Part shown: positions 1 through 8,411 of the stretch, one piece after another
How positions within the stretch are numbered: the first letter of the stretch is position 1
Layout: every line of letters starts with the position of its first letter
Assembly (NCBI GenBank): GCA_043821445.1
Contig: JBDRCT010000029.1
Location: 7,317 to 71,316, forward strand
DNA length: 64,000 nt
DNA from: Candidatus Omnitrophota bacterium
GTDB lineage: Bacteria > Omnitrophota > Omnitrophia > Omnitrophales > Aquincolibacteriaceae
Reading direction: 5' to 3'
Notes under the pieces: generated by a model
What the model was told of the DNA's origin: nothing
The model's database searches: none
The model's input: the letters and a program-made list of their open reading frames with translations, nothing else
Position numbers and translations under genes: made by a program

Positions 1-213
1 CGCGGGATCGATCAAGTGGCGCTTGAAACGGGGATACCGATCGCGACCGGAGTGATCACGGTAGATAATCTGGAACAAGCGATCGATCGGGCGGGATTGA
101 AGCACGGCAATAAAGGCGAGCAGGCAGCCTTGGCGGCGCTTGAGATAGCGGGTCTCAACGAACGGTTATCCATAAAGGCAAAAAGCGCGGGGGCTCGAAA
201 AAGAAAGAAATAG
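1..213 (+). CDS. ribH: 6,7-dimethyl-8-ribityllumazine synthase, 3' end (gene starts before the window)
   Basis: Frame open from base 1. C-terminal sequence ...[22 protein letters not shown]...AALEIAGL is typical of the lumazine synthase C-terminus. It lies next to nusB and other rib genes. Confidence 0.75.
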   Translation, partial: RGIDQVALETGIPIATGVITVDNLEQAIDRAGLKHGNKGEQAALAALEIAGLNERLSIKAKSAGARKRKK

Positions 214-246
214 AATTTTTATCTTAGGATAAACCAAAGGCAAAAA

Positions 247-696
247 ATGCTTCGCAAAAGAACCCAGGCGCGAGAGTGTGCGCTTCAGATCCTCTATCAG
301 TACGAGATGAACCCGGAGCCTATGCCGGAGATCCTGAAAAAATTCTGGTCTCAGCAGGATGAGGCTTTTTCCGAGGATGTTCGCGTTTTTGCGGAGAAGC
401 TCGCCCTCGGGACGGTTGAACATCAAGCAGAGATCGACAAGGTCGTTGAGCGATATACGGACAACTGGGAACTATCCCGGATGGCCATGATCGATCGTAA
501 CATCATGCGATTTGCGACCTACGAACTACTTTATCTGGCCGATGTTCCACCTAAAGTGACCCTTAATGAAGCTGTGAACCTGGCAAAGAAATTTTCACAA
601 GAAGAATCCGGGAAATTTGTTAACGGTATCCTCGATAAGATCAACCACACCGAAAAGCCCAAAAGCCCCAAGGATCATGACCCTTCCGCCGCATGA
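247..696 (+). CDS. nusB: transcription antitermination factor NusB
   Basis: 149 aa. The N-terminus RQARECALQILYQ...RFATYELLY matches the NusB family. Conserved ribH-nusB adjacency. Confidence 0.9.
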   Translation: MLRKRTQARECALQILYQYEMNPEPMPEILKKFWSQQDEAFSEDVRVFAEKLALGTVEHQAEIDKVVERYTDNWELSRMAMIDRNIMRFATYELLYLADVPPKVTLNEAVNLAKKFSQEESGKFVNGILDKINHTEKPKSPKDHDPSAA

Positions 697-1792
697 AGTT
701 TGGATGAAACGAGCTCTTGCTTTGGCGGAGAGGGGACGTTTCAGTGTTAGCCCCAATCCCATGGTTGGGGCCTGTGTTGTTTCCAGCGGGAAGCTCGTGG
801 GTTCCGGTTTCCATGAGAAATTCGGCGGGCCACACGCTGAGTCGAATGCTTTGGCCAGGGCCGGCAAAAAGGCTCGGGGCGCCACACTTTACGTGACCAT
901 GGAACCTTGTGCCACTTGGCAGAAAACTCCGCCCTGTGCTCCGTATATCAAAGAAAGAGGGATCAAGAAGGTTGTAATCGGTTGTCTTGATCCCAATCCC
1001 TTGAATCGTGGCAAGGGTGTTCGCTTTCTTCGCGAGCAGGGAATTGACGTCAATATCGGTATCTTGGAAGATGAAGTTTGCAAGCAGAATGAGGGATTTT
1101 TTAAATACATAGCCGAAAAAAGGCCGTTCGTGACGTTTAAGATGGCGCAGACCCTAGACGGCAAGATCGCCACACGAAAAGGTTTTTCCCGTTGGATTTC
1201 CTCGCCCCCTTCACGTGAATTTGTTCACAAACTCCGGGCAAGCCATGAGGCAGTTTTAGTGGGAAAGAATACGTTCTATCAAGATGATCCCCGGCTCACG
1301 GTCCCGAAAGGTTCTCATTCGCTCGCCGTCGGAAAACCATGGAAGATTGTGATGATCTCCGCACGAGGTTGGTCGCCGAGAGCGCGTATCTTTGAAGACG
1401 GTCGGCTTACGATCCTTGTATTTCCGGAGAGAGATCTAAAGGCAATCGTTAAAAAAGCGGAGACCCAAAAAGAAACACGGATGCTCTTGCCCGTTAAAGG
1501 AAAACACGGCAGGATCGAGGTCCGCGAGCTTCTTAGAAAACTCGCGTTACTAGGTGTGACCAAACTTCTGGTTGAAGGCGGAGGGGAATTGGCCTGGTCC
1601 TTTCTGGAGACGGGATGCGTGGACCGCGCTTTTTGGATCGTCGCGCCGAAGATTTTTGGTGGTATTCACGCCAAGACCTCCGTGGAAGGCCTTGGCGTGA
1701 GGACCCCGGATCAGGCGTTTTTGTTCAAAACGGCTAAAATAACGCGTTCAGGCGGTGATTGGATTTTTGAAGGAACATTTCACAAAAAATAG
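677..1792 (+). CDS. ribD: bifunctional riboflavin biosynthesis deaminase/reductase RibD
   Basis: Cytidine/dCMP deaminase zinc motifs (HAE...PCATW/C) followed by a RibD C-terminal reductase domain. Start chosen at MTLPPHEVWMKRALALAERG; the upstream ORF extension overlaps nusB. Confidence 0.85.
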   Translation: MTLPPHEVWMKRALALAERGRFSVSPNPMVGACVVSSGKLVGSGFHEKFGGPHAESNALARAGKKARGATLYVTMEPCATWQKTPPCAPYIKERGIKKVVIGCLDPNPLNRGKGVRFLREQGIDVNIGILEDEVCKQNEGFFKYIAEKRPFVTFKMAQTLDGKIATRKGFSRWISSPPSREFVHKLRASHEAVLVGKNTFYQDDPRLTVPKGSHSLAVGKPWKIVMISARGWSPRARIFEDGRLTILVFPERDLKAIVKKAETQKETRMLLPVKGKHGRIEVRELLRKLALLGVTKLLVEGGGELAWSFLETGCVDRAFWIVAPKIFGGIHAKTSVEGLGVRTPDQAFLFKTAKITRSGGDWIFEGTFHKK

Positions 1793-1804
1793 GGCGAAAA
1801 GATT

Positions 1805-2476
1805 ATGTTTACAGGCATTGTTGAAAATCAGGGCATGGTTGTAAAGAAAGAAGAGCGTGGCGGCCAGGTCCGGTTCGGGTTCCGGTTTCAGAAAAAAGAA
1901 AGAGGTCTGAAGATTGGGGATAGCATTGCTGTATCCGGAGTGTGTCTGACCGCGGTTCGTGTTACTCCGGACGATTTTGAAGTGGATGTAGTGCGTCAAA
2001 CCTTGGAAGCGACTACGTTAGGAATGTTGGAAAAAAGAGGTTGCGTGAATCTTGAGAGGTCCCTGAAGCTCGGGGATGGGCTTGGGGGTCATTTCGTGAC
2101 CGGGCACATTGATGGTCGGGGTACGATCGTGAAGATCGAAAAGCGAAAGAGGAATACAACCTTGTTCCTGACAGCCTCGAAGGATATAATCGCACTACTT
2201 GCGGACAAGGGGTCGGTCGCTTGTGATGGAATCAGTTTGACAGTGCAGAAGGTTCGCGGAAAAGTATTTCAAATAGCCGTGATCCCGCATACCCTCCAGG
2301 TCACGACCCTTGGTATCAAGCGAGTGGGCTCCGAAGTCAATCTGGAGGTCGATATTGTCGCACGTTACCTTCAGATGTGTTTCGCAAAAGAAAGATCACG
2401 AAGGACTTTTTCGTCTCGCACCATTCTCCGGGAGCTCCTCCAGCGGGGGGTTGAGTGGAAAAAAGATTTGAACTGA
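1805..2476 (+). CDS. ribE: riboflavin synthase alpha subunit
   Basis: MFTGIVENQG N-terminus and two lumazine-binding repeats. 223 aa. Confidence 0.9.
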   Translation: MFTGIVENQGMVVKKEERGGQVRFGFRFQKKERGLKIGDSIAVSGVCLTAVRVTPDDFEVDVVRQTLEATTLGMLEKRGCVNLERSLKLGDGLGGHFVTGHIDGRGTIVKIEKRKRNTTLFLTASKDIIALLADKGSVACDGISLTVQKVRGKVFQIAVIPHTLQVTTLGIKRVGSEVNLEVDIVARYLQMCFAKERSRRTFSSRTILRELLQRGVEWKKDLN

Positions 2477-2859
2477 ATGCATCCTCCGAGGTTCTTTCGC
2501 CTTTTCGGAAAGAACTCCGCCAGATCCTGATCCATGCGGGGTGGGAAAAGAAGACCACCGAGGAGATCCTTTTGGCGGTCGATGAGGCTTTGACAAATAT
2601 TATCCGGCATGCTTATCAAGGCGGAACAGGTAAAATGACGGTCTCCGTTATGGTAGCCGATGACAGAATCGAGATCGTGCTGGAGGATCGAGGCAAGAAA
2701 TTCGATCCGACCCAACTGCCGCCACCGGAACTTCCGCGTCTTAAACCGGGTGGTTTGGGAGTTCATTTTATCAAGACGATCATGGACCAAGTGATTTATG
2801 ATAACCAGAATCGGGGTGGAAATCGACTTCGTTTGATCAAGCACAAGACTAAAATTTGA
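2455..2859 (+). CDS. anti-sigma regulatory factor / Ser-kinase (RsbW/SpoIIAB-like HATPase_c)
   Basis: 134 aa. ILLAVDEALTNIIRHAY N-box and a G-box (KPGGLGVHFI) typical of partner-switching kinases. It lies immediately upstream of a STAS protein. Confidence 0.7.
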   Translation: MEKRFELNASSEVLSPFRKELRQILIHAGWEKKTTEEILLAVDEALTNIIRHAYQGGTGKMTVSVMVADDRIEIVLEDRGKKFDPTQLPPPELPRLKPGGLGVHFIKTIMDQVIYDNQNRGGNRLRLIKHKTKI

Positions 2860-2875
2860 AAGAGAAAGGTGAACT

Positions 2876-3220
2876 ATGAAAATACAATCGACGAATCAAG
2901 GGGACATTCATGTGTTGGAGCTATCAGGGGAATTGGATTATCATTCTTCACCCGAGCTTCGCGAAAAATTAACAGAATTGACCGCGAAACAGGCTCCCAA
3001 GATCCTCGTGAATCTGGGTGGTGTGGATTACATGGACAGTTCCGGCATCGCGACCTTTGTCGAAGCTTTCCAAAAGGCTAAACGCTATCAGGGCCGTCTT
3101 ATTCTCGCGGCGCTTACGCCCACGGTTCGTGGCGTTTTTGAAATTGCCAAACTCGATAGTATTTTTGAAATCGCCTCAACTATCGCGGAAGCCGAGAAGT
3201 CTTTGGGCGTCAAAACCTGA
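2876..3220 (+). CDS. STAS-domain anti-sigma-factor antagonist (SpoIIAA/MlaB-like)
   Basis: 114 aa. Phosphorylatable-serine motif YMDSSGIATFV. GAGGT RBS upstream. Confidence 0.8.
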   Translation: MKIQSTNQGDIHVLELSGELDYHSSPELREKLTELTAKQAPKILVNLGGVDYMDSSGIATFVEAFQKAKRYQGRLILAALTPTVRGVFEIAKLDSIFEIASTIAEAEKSLGVKT

Positions 3221-3245
3221 ACGTAAATTAAGGGAAAATATTCGT

Positions 3246-4046
3246 ATGAAGGAATTTGCAGGAAAGACCGGACAGTCGGTATTTTTTATTTTATCGGGTG
3301 TCGCCCATTTGTGGAATCTCGGATCAGCGGTCGCCGGTTATACACTTTCAGCTTTTTTTAAGAAGAAGGTCATTCCCAAGGAAGCTCTTTTTCGCCAGAT
3401 GGTTTTGATCGGTATTGATTCTACGGCGATCGTTTCTCTCGTAGGGGCTTCAGTCGGGACCGTTCTGGCCTTACAGGCGGCGTATTCCCTGAAAACCTTT
3501 GGAGCCCTTATGTACACGGGAAGTCTTGTTTGCGTCGCGATGGCCCGCGAATTGGGGCCTTTGATCGCGTCGATCGTGATCTCCGGCCGGATCGGAGCAC
3601 GCATGGCCGCAGAGATCGGGACCATGATGGTTCAAGAAGAAGTGGATGCCCTTACCACGATGGGTATTAATCCGATACGGTATCTCGTCGTGCCGCGCGT
3701 TCTCGCGCTTGCCTTAATGCTTCCGTGTTTAACTGTTATCGTGGATATCGTGGGGATGATCGGTGGTTGGGCGATCGGGACGACAGGGCTTGGGATCAAT
3801 TCCACCCTTTATATCGCCAAGAGCATTGAGGCCCTTTGTCTCAAAGACATCTATACGGGGCTGCTTAAGAGTTTTATCTTCAGTATTTTGATCGCACTGG
3901 TGAGTTGTCACCAAGGGCTTTCCGTTTCAGGTGGCGCAGATGCAGTAGGGAAGGCCACGACGCAAGCGGTCGTAATCTCGATCGTACTGATCATTGTCGT
4001 GGACTGTTTGGCGACGGCAGTCATTTATTACGCCTTGCCCACTTGA
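3246..4046 (+). CDS. mlaE: Mla/Ttg2-type ABC transporter permease MlaE
   Basis: Multi-TM permease with MlaE family signature (…LVGASVGTVLALQ…GARMAAEIGTM…). The longer ORF from 3018 overlaps the STAS gene, so the start is set at ATG 3246. Confidence 0.85.
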   Translation: MKEFAGKTGQSVFFILSGVAHLWNLGSAVAGYTLSAFFKKKVIPKEALFRQMVLIGIDSTAIVSLVGASVGTVLALQAAYSLKTFGALMYTGSLVCVAMARELGPLIASIVISGRIGARMAAEIGTMMVQEEVDALTTMGINPIRYLVVPRVLALALMLPCLTVIVDIVGMIGGWAIGTTGLGINSTLYIAKSIEALCLKDIYTGLLKSFIFSILIALVSCHQGLSVSGGADAVGKATTQAVVISIVLIIVVDCLATAVIYYALPT

Positions 4047-4053
4047 GGAACTT

Positions 4054-4860
4054 ATGAGCGAATCTGAATCGCACGTTATTGAAGTTAGGAATCTCATTAA
4101 GCGTTTCGGGGACCTTACGGTGCTGAACGGGATCAACGTTAAGATCCCTCGCGGCAAGATCACGGTCATTATGGGTGGCTCGGGATGTGGCAAAACGACC
4201 TTCTTGAGACATCTCATAGCCTTGCATCAGCCGACTTCTGGCGAGATCCTGGTGGACGGAACCAATATTGTGGGCCTCAACGAAAAAGAGATGAATAATG
4301 TGAGACGGAAGTTCGGCATGCTTTTTCAAGGATCGGCCCTTTTTAATTCAATGACCGTTGGCGAGAACGTTGCCGTGCCGCTCAAGGAACACACGGATCT
4401 TTCGCCTGAGATTATCCGCATCATTGTCCGCGTGAAATTAGAACTTGTGGGACTAACGGGTTTTGAAGACTTCATGCCCCACCAGATCTCGGGTGGCATG
4501 AAAAAACGCGTGGCGCTTGCGCGTGCGATCGCATTGGATCCAAAAATTGTTTTCTATGACGAACCGGGCGCGGGCCTGGATCCGATCACGGCGAGCATGA
4601 TCGACCGTCTGATCCTGGATCTTAGCAAAAAGCTCAATATCACGTCGGTGGTGGTGTCGCATGAAATGAAAAGTGCGTTCCGAATTGCCGACCAGATCAT
4701 TGTTCTTCATAAAGGCAAAGTGCTACAAATCGGCACGGCTGATGAGATCAAGAATTCAAAGGATTCCTATGTTCAGCAGTTCATTCACGGAGAGTCTGAA
4801 GGTGTCATCCCGTTCAAGCAAACGAGCGAAGCTTATTTAAAAGGGCTTCTTTCCACTTAA
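4054..4860 (+). CDS. mlaF: Mla-type ABC transporter ATP-binding protein MlaF
   Basis: Walker A GGSGCGKTT, ABC signature LSGGMKKRVALARA, Walker B VFYDEPGAGLD. Start at MSESES (ATG 4054). Confidence 0.9.
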   Translation: MSESESHVIEVRNLIKRFGDLTVLNGINVKIPRGKITVIMGGSGCGKTTFLRHLIALHQPTSGEILVDGTNIVGLNEKEMNNVRRKFGMLFQGSALFNSMTVGENVAVPLKEHTDLSPEIIRIIVRVKLELVGLTGFEDFMPHQISGGMKKRVALARAIALDPKIVFYDEPGAGLDPITASMIDRLILDLSKKLNITSVVVSHEMKSAFRIADQIIVLHKGKVLQIGTADEIKNSKDSYVQQFIHGESEGVIPFKQTSEAYLKGLLST

Positions 4861-4884
4861 GAATAGTTTCCAGAGGAGGAAAAG

Positions 4885-5517
4885 ATGGATTCGGCAAATA
4901 CTTATTCGGCATCCGAGATCAAATCCGGATTTTTTGTGCTGGTCGCGCTCGTGCTGCTTCTGATAATGACGTTCGTGGTCGGAGGCTACTTTAAGAAGGG
5001 AGCCAACGAATGGAAAGTGCAGTTTGGGTACTTGAGCGGCTTAAGCGATAGTGCCCCCGTTTATTACGCAGGCCGCGAGGTCGGCAAGGTGGATGGTATC
5101 CAGATCGTTCCAGGGAGCGCACGACCCGTGCTGGTGACGGTCAAAGTTTCCAAGGATGCCTATGTTCGCACCGATAGCGTTGCTTATATTGACACCCTCG
5201 GGATGATGGGGGAGAAATTCATTGAGATCTCCGTGGGTTCGGAAAATGCTCCACCTATGGAAGTCGGTAAGGTGATCGAAGGCGTGGACCCGATCCCGAT
5301 GCACGTTCTGATCCGCAAGATGAATCTTTTAGCAGACGAAGTGTCTGAGATGACCGAAGACCTCAATCCCTTGCTGAAGACCGTCAACGATGTGGTGGGC
5401 GGGAATAAAGAGGAGATCTCCAAGAGCATCGGTAATCTTCATGAGGTGTCGGCGAATCTTCGAGACATGACCGCAGAACTGAAATTGCATCCGTGGCGTT
5501 TAATCCGCAAAGGTTAA
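4885..5517 (+). CDS. mlaD: MCE-domain substrate-binding protein MlaD
   Basis: N-terminal TM helix followed by an MCE fold (…YYAGREVGKVDGIQ…). Follows mlaEF. Confidence 0.8.
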   Translation: MDSANTYSASEIKSGFFVLVALVLLLIMTFVVGGYFKKGANEWKVQFGYLSGLSDSAPVYYAGREVGKVDGIQIVPGSARPVLVTVKVSKDAYVRTDSVAYIDTLGMMGEKFIEISVGSENAPPMEVGKVIEGVDPIPMHVLIRKMNLLADEVSEMTEDLNPLLKTVNDVVGGNKEEISKSIGNLHEVSANLRDMTAELKLHPWRLIRKG

Positions 5518-5531
5518 TGAAAGGATCTTTT

Positions 5532-5870
5532 ATGCGTCTAAGAATATCAATCCTGTTGCTCGCGCTGACAGTGCTTTTGGCGCCTTTTGTGCTGGCCGAG
5601 GAAACATTCGGTGATTATATGTATGGGATCGGGACTAAGTTTGGTCGCGGGCTCGAGAACGTTGTGACCAGCCCTGCCGAAATTCCGTGCACGATCCATG
5701 CGGATATGAAAGATCAAGGCGGTTCCGGATTTTTCCCGGGGTTGGGTATGGGGACTGTTTACATGTTGCGCCGGATGTTTATCGGAGTATGCGAAGTGGG
5801 AAGTTTTTTTATTCCGATGGAACGGACGATCCCCAGGGTTTGTCACGAAGCGGAACCCGCGGTTGTGTGA
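5532..5870 (+). CDS. small secreted protein, paralog A (possibly TIGR04073-type exosortase-associated family)
   Basis: AAAGGA RBS then ATG 5532, followed by a signal peptide. Shares motif FGRGLENVVTSPAEIPCTI with the paralog at 30084. Confidence 0.6.
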   Translation: MRLRISILLLALTVLLAPFVLAEETFGDYMYGIGTKFGRGLENVVTSPAEIPCTIHADMKDQGGSGFFPGLGMGTVYMLRRMFIGVCEVGSFFIPMERTIPRVCHEAEPAVV

Positions 5871-5968
5871 AGCGGTTGGGTGTGTGAGTGGGTGCGGTTG
5901 TCCGCATCAATTTTTGGGATCGAGCGAACGATTCATGGTATCGTTCTCACAATTTTTAGGATTGCGCC

Positions 5969-5998
5969 TTGACGACTGTGCGCGGGTCTTTCTATAAT
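5969..5998 (+). promoter_or_regulatory. sigma70-like promoter (TTGACG-18-TATAAT) for the gene at 6028
   Basis: TTGACG at 5969-5974 and TATAAT at 5993-5998, read directly from the sequence. Confidence 0.5.
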
Positions 5999-6027
5999 GC
6001 TGCGTTCGGCTAAACGAAGGAGAAACG

Positions 6028-6369
6028 ATGACTAAGAATGAAAAAGTTGTTGCGTCCAAAGACCCGGAGGCACAGGATGCGCAGTTTTTTGCGGCGATCG
6101 GCTATTTGAGTTTTCTTTGTTTTGTGCCGCTTGCACTCAAAAAGGAGAACAAGTTCGCGCTTTTCCACGGGAAACAAGCCCTGGTGCTTTTTATCCTTGA
6201 ATTGGCTGCGGCGATCCTGAAGGTTGTTCCCGTGTTCGGAGATCTGGTATTTACTTTGTCGTTCGTAGTGTTCGGGATTCTTTCGCTCATCGGGATCGTG
6301 AAGGTGCTGATGGGAGAGCGGTGGGAGATTCCGGTGATCCACGAGATCGCCGAACGGATCACGTTCTGA
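6028..6369 (+). CDS. small membrane protein, DUF4870-like
   Basis: 113 aa with 2-3 TM helices. Pattern AIGYLSFL…PL…FHGKQALVL resembles the DUF4870 family. Confidence 0.55.
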   Translation: MTKNEKVVASKDPEAQDAQFFAAIGYLSFLCFVPLALKKENKFALFHGKQALVLFILELAAAILKVVPVFGDLVFTLSFVVFGILSLIGIVKVLMGERWEIPVIHEIAERITF

Positions 6370-6439
6370 AGCGAACAGGAATTTAAGCCTCATTACACAA
6401 CATCCTTTTCTTTAAAATTGAAAATTTCCAAGGGTTGGT

Positions 6440-8011
6440 ATGCTTACAGGCACTAAAAAAGTTCAGCAAGGCGGGCAGGACTGGTTCGTGGTCCTCAATC
6501 CCCTCCAGAGCGAGTTGGAACGCAACAAAATCGCCCGTGAGATCGCCAAGGCTTTTCGTCTTCCCGTGGACGAGGCTCTCGATCTCGTGCAGAACACCCC
6601 CATCATCCTGGTAGACAATCTTTTGTATGCGACCGCGCTTCAGGTAAAGCAATATTTTCGAAACGCTCAAACGGATATCGTGATTAGTAATGATGGTTTT
6701 TTGAAGCGACGATGTTATCGAACCGTATGGCCTACACCGCCCAATCTCGCATTCCTTCATCAGGCAGAGTCTTCGGCGGCTTCATCCAAAAAAAATGAGA
6801 CTGAAAAGCTTGATCACAGCGAAGCGATCCAGGAGATCCGATCCTGGGTTCAGGCCGAGGGGGTTTCTTCGGAGCGTGGCGATCGGGCCCCTTTGGGGAA
6901 TGGTATGGCCCATCAAAACGGCCGTCATTTTCGGAGCATTCTTGAGGAAGAGCGTGAAAAACTTTTAAAAGAGAGCGTGGGGCTAAGAGAGAGCGTGAGC
7001 CAGCTTCGCAAGGCGCTTGAAAAGGCACAGGCGGAAGTTTCAGAAAAAGAAAGGATTGTAAAGGTTGGCGAGGCTGCAACAAAACAGAAAGAAAAAGAGG
7101 CCCAGGAATTGCAGACTTTGGTGAATCACGCTGAGGAGAAATATGAGCTTCTCCGTGAGGAGTTCCGCCAGACACGCCAGTATTTTGAAGAAAAGCTGGG
7201 TTCCGAAGATCATAAGGCTGAAGAGTTATTGAAGCAGATCGAAGAGCGCGATCTGACCCATAAAGAGCTGCTGCAAGAGAAGCAGATGCTCCTCAAAAGT
7301 TTTCATGCTGTAAAGAATGATCTCCAGCGTGCGAAGGATGAGCAGGAACAGGCGCGTCGCGAATGGGAAAGCCAGACCGCTCAGTTCCGGAGAGAACTCG
7401 AGAATCAAAAAACCCTGGTGGAGGGTCTCCACGCGAAGATTAAAAATCTCGAAGAAGGCAAGAGGATCGTCCAGTCGAGTGAAACTCGCCTGATTCAGGA
7501 ATTAGAACTCCAGACCCAACAGGCCAAACGGTGGGAGCAGAAATCTTCCGAGTTCGAAAAAGAGATTCGGCAGATCCGGGCATCTTTCGAAGACCAGCAG
7601 AAGTCCTGGCAAGTGCGTCTAGCACAGCTTGAGGCCCGGGAGATGGATTTGGAAAATGCTCGCAAGCAGATCCGTCAGCTTTATGCCGAGCTGGATCAGC
7701 GTGAGACTGTGCAGAAAAAGGCCCAGTTCCATGAGCAACTCATGTCCAAAGAGGCGCGCTTGAAGCAGGTGGTCAAACAGCAGGAGAAGATCGAATCCGA
7801 GATCCGTGACCGTGAGGAGGATATGAGGAAACTCTTGGCAGAACAGGAAACGATCGAACATGAAATGATTGAAACGAAGCAGGCCCATCGGCATTTGGCC
7901 GAGAAAACAAAACGTGAGGGTCCTGTTTTGGAACAACGCAAGCACGAAAGTTCTCCAGACGCCTCTGTATTTCACACCTCCCAAGCTCATCCCGAGGCTA
8001 TTGATGATTGA
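6440..8011 (+). CDS. coiled-coil protein with a small N-terminal globular domain
   Basis: 523 aa. About 85 aa globular N-terminus, then roughly 400 aa of E/Q/K/R-rich heptad-like sequence. Confidence 0.6.
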   Translation: MLTGTKKVQQGGQDWFVVLNPLQSELERNKIAREIAKAFRLPVDEALDLVQNTPIILVDNLLYATALQVKQYFRNAQTDIVISNDGFLKRRCYRTVWPTPPNLAFLHQAESSAASSKKNETEKLDHSEAIQEIRSWVQAEGVSSERGDRAPLGNGMAHQNGRHFRSILEEEREKLLKESVGLRESVSQLRKALEKAQAEVSEKERIVKVGEAATKQKEKEAQELQTLVNHAEEKYELLREEFRQTRQYFEEKLGSEDHKAEELLKQIEERDLTHKELLQEKQMLLKSFHAVKNDLQRAKDEQEQARREWESQTAQFRRELENQKTLVEGLHAKIKNLEEGKRIVQSSETRLIQELELQTQQAKRWEQKSSEFEKEIRQIRASFEDQQKSWQVRLAQLEAREMDLENARKQIRQLYAELDQRETVQKKAQFHEQLMSKEARLKQVVKQQEKIESEIRDREEDMRKLLAEQETIEHEMIETKQAHRHLAEKTKREGPVLEQRKHESSPDASVFHTSQAHPEAIDD

Positions 8012-8408
8012 AATGGTTTTGAGTAAGATCAAGGTCGATGAGAATCGGCATGAGCAACTCGTGGTTTTCCGGGAAAAAGACGGGAACCGGTTTCTTCCCG
8101 TGGTGATCGGGTTGCCGGAGATCCATGCCATCAAATTGAAGCTGGGCAACGTCAAGCCGCCGCGGCCGATGACCCATGATCTGATGCTCAAAATCGTCCA
8201 AGAGCTTGGCGGTAAACTTCAGAGGGTCGTGATCGACAAGCTCGAGAACAATACGTTTCACGCCAAGTTGTATATCCTCAAGGAAAATGGGCAAGAGGTG
8301 GTGATCGATTCCCGGCCTTCCGATAGCGTGGCGATCGCGTTACGGGCACAGGTGCCTGTTTTTGCTGACGACGAGATATTGAAGACGGCGAGCGTTTACG
8401 AGGTCTAG
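8004..8408 (+). CDS. bifunctional nuclease (BFN/DUF151) family protein
   Basis: Start ATG 8004 overlaps the upstream stop. …LVVFREKDGNRFLPVVIGLPEIHAI…FHAKLYI… matches the BFN family. Confidence 0.7.
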   Translation: MIEMVLSKIKVDENRHEQLVVFREKDGNRFLPVVIGLPEIHAIKLKLGNVKPPRPMTHDLMLKIVQELGGKLQRVVIDKLENNTFHAKLYILKENGQEVVIDSRPSDSVAIALRAQVPVFADDEILKTASVYEV

Positions 8409-8411
8409 GGT

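Noticed and set aside
3018-3245. 5' extension of the mlaE ORF overlapping the STAS gene
   Set aside because: It overlaps a well-supported upstream gene in another frame. MlaE homology begins at MKEFAGK (ATG 3246).
6440-8011. Possible DNA-level tandem repeats or CRISPR-like periodicity in the coiled-coil genes
   Set aside because: The repetition is at the amino-acid composition level (heptads). No exact DNA direct repeats with regular spacers were seen anywhere in the window, so no CRISPR array.
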